From: Minisyncoccia bacterium
Lineage (GTDB): Bacteria > Patescibacteriota > Minisyncoccia > Phycocordibacterales > Phycocordibacteraceae
Direction of reading: 5' to 3'
DNA length: 64,000 nt
Assembly: GCA_038207395.1 (NCBI GenBank)
Contig: JBBQZW010000003.1
Location: 115,760-179,759, forward strand
The notes below the pieces were generated by a model that saw only the letters and a list, made by a program, of their open reading frames with translations, made no database searches and was not told the origin of the DNA. Both the position numbers and the translations under genes were made by a program. Shown here piece by piece: positions 58,258-64,000 of this stretch; within the stretch, counting starts at the first letter, position 1, and each line of letters begins with the position of its first letter.

Positions 58258-58953
58258 TTATGTGCAGTACAATGTACGACCCACGTCCCAGTTCCAGCAA
58301 AGTTCATCTGAGCCGAAACGTTTGTGGTACTGAAGCTTCAGATAATTGGTATTCCCGAATTTGGCAACCCTATCGAATGCCTTAAAGAAGGAAACAAATT
58401 CCTGAGGAAATTGCTCGGGATCGTAATCGAGAGCACCAAATCGAAATTCGACTCCGCCTGCAAGAACATAGGAAAGTGCCTGCATAGCGCGGTGACGGTG
58501 TGTTAGTACCAGCACGCGCTCGAGATCGAGATCTCTCAGATACTGAAATCCTCGAAACAACCCTAGAATCGTTGCCTCCCACGACTCTTCACCCGGTAAG
58601 GGTTGGAAGTCAGGGCCGAACTCTTCAATGCGCCGTTTTTTAATGCGCTGAGCTTCTGGATGACTACGCTCAAGCGTCCTTACGGTGTCAGCGCGTTTCC
58701 ATTCACCAAAGAACGGCATAGTGCTGAGAGCAATGCTTGAGTCCCACTGTTCCATCATCGCGCCGAAGGTGCGGTCAGCGGGAGTGCAGACCACATGCTG
58801 CACATCATTTTCTTTAATAAAGGAAAAGATGTATTTAATCTGTTCCAGGCCATACGTCGTTAGCGGCGTTTCATCATCTTGATTCTTACCACCTACGTTT
58901 GCTTGGCTTTCGGGGTGGCGCATAAGCCACGCGGTTATGTCACTGGTACGCAT
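58258..58953 (-). CDS. Histidine phosphatase superfamily protein (divergent)
   Basis: LMRHPES.AN, PLTTYGLEQ, FGEW, GESW, VLVLTH; promoter TTGACC-17-TACAGT. Confidence 0.7.
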   Translation of the reverse strand: MRTSDITAWLMRHPESQANVGGKNQDDETPLTTYGLEQIKYIFSFIKENDVQHVVCTPADRTFGAMMEQWDSSIALSTMPFFGEWKRADTVRTLERSHPEAQRIKKRRIEEFGPDFQPLPGEESWEATILGLFRGFQYLRDLDLERVLVLTHRHRAMQALSYVLAGGVEFRFGALDYDPEQFPQEFVSFFKAFDRVAKFGNTNYLKLQYHKRFGSDELCWNWDVGRTLYCT

Positions 58954-59038
58954 TGACGCAACTCCATTACTATTTTGCAATCTAAAATGACTGTACGTGG
59001 TAAATTGCCATCGGTCAATTCCTTGGTAAGGTACTCAT

Positions 59039-59530
59039 ATGAAACTAGTGATACTGACTATTGGAATCTCAGGGGCCGGTAAGACAACCACCCTTCGCCC
59101 CTTAGTCGAGCAGTACGGAATCACCCGGATTAGCAGGGACGATATTCGCGAAGAATGGTATGGAGATCCACTTAAGCAGGTAGATAAAGAAGCGGTGTGG
59201 GCAGAGGCACAAAGACGCGCTCAAGAAGCACTGACTTCAGGGCAGTCAGTGCTTCTTGACTCTACATTCGCTGAACATACTAAACACCGTCCAGATGTTA
59301 TTTCCTCAATGCGCACAGCGGGTGCGCAACGCGTTGTTGGTGTTTTCTTTACCGTTCCTCTTGAAACCGCTCTTATGCAAAACAAGCAACGTGACGCTCA
59401 GGTAGACGAAGATAGTATCCGTAAAATGTACGCAGAACTCATGGAAAATCCCCCTTCGTTAGACGAAGGGTTTGACGCAATCTACACTCACGAGCAACTC
59501 TCTGAATTTGAAGAAAAGGAGTTGAACTAA
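59039..59530 (+). CDS. AAA_33 P-loop kinase-like protein
   Basis: GISGAGKTT, ISRDDIR, VLLDSTF, PPSLDEGFD. Confidence 0.85.
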   Translation: MKLVILTIGISGAGKTTTLRPLVEQYGITRISRDDIREEWYGDPLKQVDKEAVWAEAQRRAQEALTSGQSVLLDSTFAEHTKHRPDVISSMRTAGAQRVVGVFFTVPLETALMQNKQRDAQVDEDSIRKMYAELMENPPSLDEGFDAIYTHEQLSEFEEKELN

Positions 59531-59533
59531 TGG

Positions 59534-61495
59534 TTACCGTACCTGCCAACCAACCTTTGCATTAAGGACGTCAGTAATACCGGTCATTAGGGGATCAATA
59601 TCGGTGTCCGAAAGAGTGCGATTCGTGGCTTGGAACACAAGGCGGAATGCAAATGAGGTACGAGTGCCATTGTCATCAGTCTTTTCAAATCGGTCGAAGA
59701 GATCCATACGCGCAAGCAGGTCTCCTGCATTCTCTTGTATCAAAAGGGCAACTTCAGACTCTTCCGTTCCTGCGGGAGTCCACACCGCAATGTCACGCAG
59801 CGCTGACGGATACAAAGAGAATGATTGATACGGTCCGAGTGCGTATTTCATAATCAAGGTGTCCTTCCCTATTTCCTCAAGAGCAATGTCTGCGAGGGAA
59901 AGTTCTACCACTCCAGTATCTCCAGAAGAGAGATTCGTAAATCCTGCATTAGGAAATGCAGTCATAAGCGCGTCGACTGCGTCAGGAAGTACGGCAGCGG
60001 ACACCTTACCCGTAAGTTGATGGTAGCCAAGTGCAAGTGAAAGATATTCGCGTTCTTTCGTAAACACGGTGCCAATTTCAAAAAGCTTGAGCGAAGGCTC
60101 AGGACCGATGACTCGTGGTGCTACCGACACGGCCCGTGCAAGCGCGTCACGCATGTTCATTGAAAGCGAAGCACGGAGCCACGGACGTTCTGACTGAAGC
60201 GGGTTTGCGAGTACTATCTCTCCTTCTGCGGCAAATGAGGGAGTGCTTATCTCCGTAAAGCCATGCTGAATAAGAACGTCTTTAATAGCTTCAATTCCTT
60301 TGTAGCGATTCTGGTCGGGCGAAACAAGCACCGGAGGAAGTGGACTAGGTGCAACTTGATCATATCCAAGCACCCGTCCAATTTCTTCAGCAAGGTCTTG
60401 CCATATGCTAATGTCCCGGCGCTCAAAGGGCGGCGTTACCGTCACTGAAAAGTCTCCTGTCGGGAGAGTATTCGCTTCAAACGAAAGACTAAGGCGCTGT
60501 AAGGCACTTGTTACATCGTCAGAGACAAAAGAAGTACCGAGATGGCCGTTCACCATGGTAAGCGTAATACTGACCGGTGAAGCAGGGGGCTCAGGGTTCG
60601 GATACGAATCAACGACTCCCTGGAGCTCGCCTCCGGCGAGCTCCAGTATCAGCGCCACTACGTCGCGCATCCCATACGCCGCGAACTCAGGTGAAAGCGT
60701 ATTCTGAAAACGAAGACTTGCATCCGTCCAAAGCTTGAGAGCTTGAGAAGTCTTTCGAACGCGCGTTCCATCAAAGTTTGCCGATTCAATAATAAGATCG
60801 GTAGTCGCTTCTGTTATCCCTGCACGAGTACCTCCTTTCACCCCAGCAATACCAAGCGCCGCGCCGCTCACTCCGTCCGCAATAAGGAGCGTTGCAGGGG
60901 TAAGCGTATATTCTTCGCCCGTAAGCGTGGTGATTTTTTCTCCACCATGCGCAGCTCGAACTGAAATGCTCTTCTTTCCGTCTACCGTATCTAAGAGCTT
61001 CCCAGCGTCAAAGGCATGGAGTGGTTGGCCAATGTTGAGCATCACGTAATTCGTAGCGTCCACCACGTTATTAATAGAGCGCTGACCAATGCTTGTGAGC
61101 GCAGTCACAAGCCACTCAGGTGAGGGTCCGACTTTCACGCCCGTAATACGAGCTGTCATGTACCTGCGGCACGCTTCACTATCTTCTATGGTTACTGAAA
61201 TATTCGCAGCGTCAGCACTCACGTCTCCCGCACTCCACTCGGGCAGCGTCGTTCGTAGCGGATCTTCACGTAGTGGTATAGCAAGCGCCGCAGCAAGTTC
61301 GTACGCAATACCCCGATGAGAAAGTGCATATGATGCGCGGTCAGGAAGCACTTTTACGTCAAATACCGTATTTTTGCCTTCACCAATAACCTCTTCAACT
61401 TCACTTGAATGGAACGTAAGCGCATCTACAAGCACGTCTACCGCTGGAAGCGGTTCGATAAAATAATTCTGAAGCCAGGAGAGAGATACTTTCAT
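59534..61495 (-). CDS. pheT: Phenylalanine--tRNA ligase beta (lacks the B2 OB domain)
   Basis: MKVSLSWL, PDR...SHRGIA, NNVVDATNYV, DLAEEIGRVLGY, FDX-ACB C-terminus. Confidence 0.95.
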   Translation of the reverse strand: MKVSLSWLQNYFIEPLPAVDVLVDALTFHSSEVEEVIGEGKNTVFDVKVLPDRASYALSHRGIAYELAAALAIPLREDPLRTTLPEWSAGDVSADAANISVTIEDSEACRRYMTARITGVKVGPSPEWLVTALTSIGQRSINNVVDATNYVMLNIGQPLHAFDAGKLLDTVDGKKSISVRAAHGGEKITTLTGEEYTLTPATLLIADGVSGAALGIAGVKGGTRAGITEATTDLIIESANFDGTRVRKTSQALKLWTDASLRFQNTLSPEFAAYGMRDVVALILELAGGELQGVVDSYPNPEPPASPVSITLTMVNGHLGTSFVSDDVTSALQRLSLSFEANTLPTGDFSVTVTPPFERRDISIWQDLAEEIGRVLGYDQVAPSPLPPVLVSPDQNRYKGIEAIKDVLIQHGFTEISTPSFAAEGEIVLANPLQSERPWLRASLSMNMRDALARAVSVAPRVIGPEPSLKLFEIGTVFTKEREYLSLALGYHQLTGKVSAAVLPDAVDALMTAFPNAGFTNLSSGDTGVVELSLADIALEEIGKDTLIMKYALGPYQSFSLYPSALRDIAVWTPAGTEESEVALLIQENAGDLLARMDLFDRFEKTDDNGTRTSFAFRLVFQATNRTLSDTDIDPLMTGITDVLNAKVGWQVR

Positions 61496-61498
61496 AGG

Positions 61499-62248
61499 TT
61501 ATGCAGGGATCCCGCCCACGACCGTTTCATCAAAGCCGTACGTGAATCGAATATCCCCGTTATGGAAAAGACGCACGTCGGGTACTCCGTGCTTCACCAT
61601 AATCAAACGTTCGATACCGCCACCAAAGGCAAATCCTCCAAACTTTTCTGGATCAAGTCCTGCGTTCTTTAGTACGTTCGGATGAAGCATGCCTGCGCCT
61701 GCAACCTCAAGCCAGCGGCCCTCCTTACCAGGAACCTCAAACCACACATCTACCTCCACAGAAGGCTCCGTAAATGGAAAGAAGCTCGGGCGGAAACGTA
61801 CTTTCGCATTTGGTCCAAGGTACTCTTTAAAAAACTGTTCGTAGGTCCCTTTAAGGTGAGCAAGCGTTACCGTTCCAAGAGGAGCGACGGCAAATCCATC
61901 AAGCTGAAAGAATTGCGCTTCGTGCGTCATGTCTGTTGCTTCATTGCGAAAGACTTTTGCCGGAGAAATCATACGCATCTCGGAAATTCCTTCGTTCGCC
62001 ATTTTTTCTAAGCATCGTATCGTCACCGACGTTGTATGCGTACGGGGTGTTCGAGGTTTTTCTTCCTTCGTCCAAAACGTATCCTGCATATCGCGCGCAG
62101 GATGTTCGGGCGGTACATTTAACGCATCAAAGTTATACCACTCGTCCTCAAGCTCAGGGCCGTACGAAATACCAAAACCCATACGGGAAAAGATGTCTGC
62201 AATCTCGCGAACGGCAACAGACAAGGGATGTAATCGGCCAGCGCTCAT
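61499..62248 (-). CDS. pheS: Phenylalanine--tRNA ligase alpha (catalytic core only)
   Basis: GRLHPL, HPARDMQDTF, RTHT, FRPSFFPFTEPS, GIERL. Confidence 0.96.
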   Translation of the reverse strand: MSAGRLHPLSVAVREIADIFSRMGFGISYGPELEDEWYNFDALNVPPEHPARDMQDTFWTKEEKPRTPRTHTTSVTIRCLEKMANEGISEMRMISPAKVFRNEATDMTHEAQFFQLDGFAVAPLGTVTLAHLKGTYEQFFKEYLGPNAKVRFRPSFFPFTEPSVEVDVWFEVPGKEGRWLEVAGAGMLHPNVLKNAGLDPEKFGGFAFGGGIERLIMVKHGVPDVRLFHNGDIRFTYGFDETVVGGIPA

Positions 62249-62343
62249 AGTGTTTTTGTACTCGAACTATACCCCATCTGCGCGCTAATTCTAAGTAGAT
62301 AAAAAGTGGCTTTTTTGATAAACTAGGAGCATCGTTTCCTCCT

Positions 62344-63582
62344 ATGCTTCTCGAGCTACTCACCTACCCTTTTATATTCATTGCCGTCTTTTTCGAGGTA
62401 TTTTTGCTCGTTACCTTTTTATCAGAACCAGCCCGTGAGCGTCGTGCACGAGCACTTTCAAAAGAAACTCCCAAAGTCGCTATTATCGTACCGTGCTGGA
62501 ACGAACAGAACACCATTCAAGGAACCGTTGAGTCCTTGCTGGCTCTTGACTACCCCGCAGACAAACTAAAGATTGTGCTTGTTAATGACGGCTCTACCGA
62601 CAACACTCCAGCGGTAATGGATCAGTATAAAAACACGCCGCAGATTACCGTGATACATAAGGAAAATGGCGGAAAGCACACGGCAATGAACCTTGGTATT
62701 GAAAAAGCAGAAGACGCGCTCTATGTAGGATGTCTTGATGCTGACTCATTCGTAGCGCCAGATGCCCTTCGAGAAATTATTGCGTACTTTGAGAATCCGA
62801 AGGTTGCTGCCGTAACGGCAGCAATGTCTGTCTGGGACCCGAAGACCCTTTTGGAGCGTATGCAGAACGCCGACTACATTCATGGCATCACCCTACGTCA
62901 CGTGATTTCATCACTTAACGGTCTGTACGTTACGCCAGGTCCATTCTCATTCTACCGTCGCGACATCATTCTTAAGGTCGGAGGTTTTCAAAAAGGTCAT
63001 AACACTGAGGACTTGGAGATGGCCCTCCGCCTTCAAAACGAAGGGTATATTCTCGAGAATGCTCCACGGGCGCGCGTGTATACAAAAACTCCCACCAGCG
63101 TTCGCAGTCTCGTAAAGCAGCGAACGCGCTGGACGACCGGCTTCCTTCGAAATGTTATTTACGACTACCGCCACATGATTGGAAACAGTAAGTTCGGTAC
63201 GCTTGGACTTTTCATGCTTCCTATTGGACTGCTTGCAAACGTATCAGGAATTATTATGTTCGGTGTCATAATCACGCGCGGTGTTCAGTTTATTTGGAAT
63301 CAGTACGCCCTTCTTTCAGGCTTCCCGCTTTGGTACACCCTCATTCCTCACCATACGTTTAACTGGTTCTTTATCCCTCTCTCATCCGTTGTATTACTCT
63401 CAATTATTATGCTTGTGGGGGCTGTGACCACCATGCTTATCGGTAAACATATCTCCCGAACACCAGGAAATCTGTTTGTCGGTATCATCATGTACGTAAC
63501 CTTCTACGGCTTTATCGCACCACTATGGCTCATACGTTCTATGTATGACCTTCTTACTAATACTCGACGTAGCTGGCGCTAG
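62344..63582 (+). CDS. Processive GT2 glycosyltransferase (PgaC/IcaA-like)
   Basis: VNDGSTD, LDADS, TED, QRTRW; flanking TMs. Confidence 0.9.
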   Translation: MLLELLTYPFIFIAVFFEVFLLVTFLSEPARERRARALSKETPKVAIIVPCWNEQNTIQGTVESLLALDYPADKLKIVLVNDGSTDNTPAVMDQYKNTPQITVIHKENGGKHTAMNLGIEKAEDALYVGCLDADSFVAPDALREIIAYFENPKVAAVTAAMSVWDPKTLLERMQNADYIHGITLRHVISSLNGLYVTPGPFSFYRRDIILKVGGFQKGHNTEDLEMALRLQNEGYILENAPRARVYTKTPTSVRSLVKQRTRWTTGFLRNVIYDYRHMIGNSKFGTLGLFMLPIGLLANVSGIIMFGVIITRGVQFIWNQYALLSGFPLWYTLIPHHTFNWFFIPLSSVVLLSIIMLVGAVTTMLIGKHISRTPGNLFVGIIMYVTFYGFIAPLWLIRSMYDLLTNTRRSWR

Positions 63583-63632
63583 TCCACGGCTCTCTACATG
63601 ACGAAGCGCACACTCCGTGCTTAAATCACCTT

Positions 63633-64000
63633 ATGAAATCAATCCTCGGCCGCAACCTCATTATCTCGCTCGTTATTACCATAGCGCTTATTGGTACCGT
63701 GCTCTATGCCATTAATTTTCTTAATCAAAAGCGCGTAGAACAGCTTTCACAGCTCCAGGATCAGCTTGCGACAGATACTCTTTCGATCGAGACCCAGTTT
63801 GCGCTTCTTGAGGAAGCACCCTGTGAGGACTTCACTGCAGGCAATACGCTTTCTCAGGAAGTATCAAATCTTGGAGATCGTCTTTCACTCACCGAGAACC
63901 AGCTAGGCAGTACGAACGAACAAGTAATTCAGCTCAAGCGCCAGTACTCTCTTCTTCAGATTCGTGACTACCTTTTGACCAAACGTCTTTCAGCTACCTG
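63633..64000 (+). CDS. Membrane-anchored coiled-coil hypothetical protein (3'-truncated)
   Basis: MKSILGRNLIISLVITIALIG... open to window end. Confidence 0.7.
   Translation, partial: MKSILGRNLIISLVITIALIGTVLYAINFLNQKRVEQLSQLQDQLATDTLSIETQFALLEEAPCEDFTAGNTLSQEVSNLGDRLSLTENQLGSTNEQVIQLKRQYSLLQIRDYLLTKRLSAT

Noticed and set aside
59534-62248. Truncated pheS/pheT as pseudogenes
   Set aside because: ORFs and catalytic motifs are intact; domain loss fits genome streamlining

Overview
This is a 64-kb chromosomal segment of a small-genome bacterium using genetic code 11. The gene content suggests Patescibacteria/CPR, probably Parcubacteria (inference): short PheS/PheT, a short SMC, a NusB-NUDIX fusion and near-leaderless housekeeping genes. 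Core genes include hisS, prmC, a UvrD-nuclease, rpoD, dnaG, rpoBC, trmD, khpA, rpsP, rnr, smc, rnc, nusB, rpmF, rnhB, dnaE, thrS, gyrB and pheST. They are interspersed with single-gene ORFan units, most with a strong SD and a terminator. Top observation: an independently transcribed ~350-nt structured RNA (minus strand, ~29675-30023) upstream of rpoB. Its 5' domain reproduces the 23S rRNA GTPase-associated centre (H42-H44) with compensatory base changes, followed by a hairpin resembling the sarcin-ricin loop. Second: a ~35-bp att-like repeat delimits tandem ORFan cassettes. Third: a sortase locus has an IPYTG substrate carrying IDILPPCC repeats. Also present are a CsoSCA-like carbonic anhydrase, an SxxS DsbA-like protein and several unannotated small ORFs and candidate sRNAs. 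No CRISPR array, tRNA gene, rRNA operon, transposase or integrase was recognised. All alignments and pairings were done by eye.
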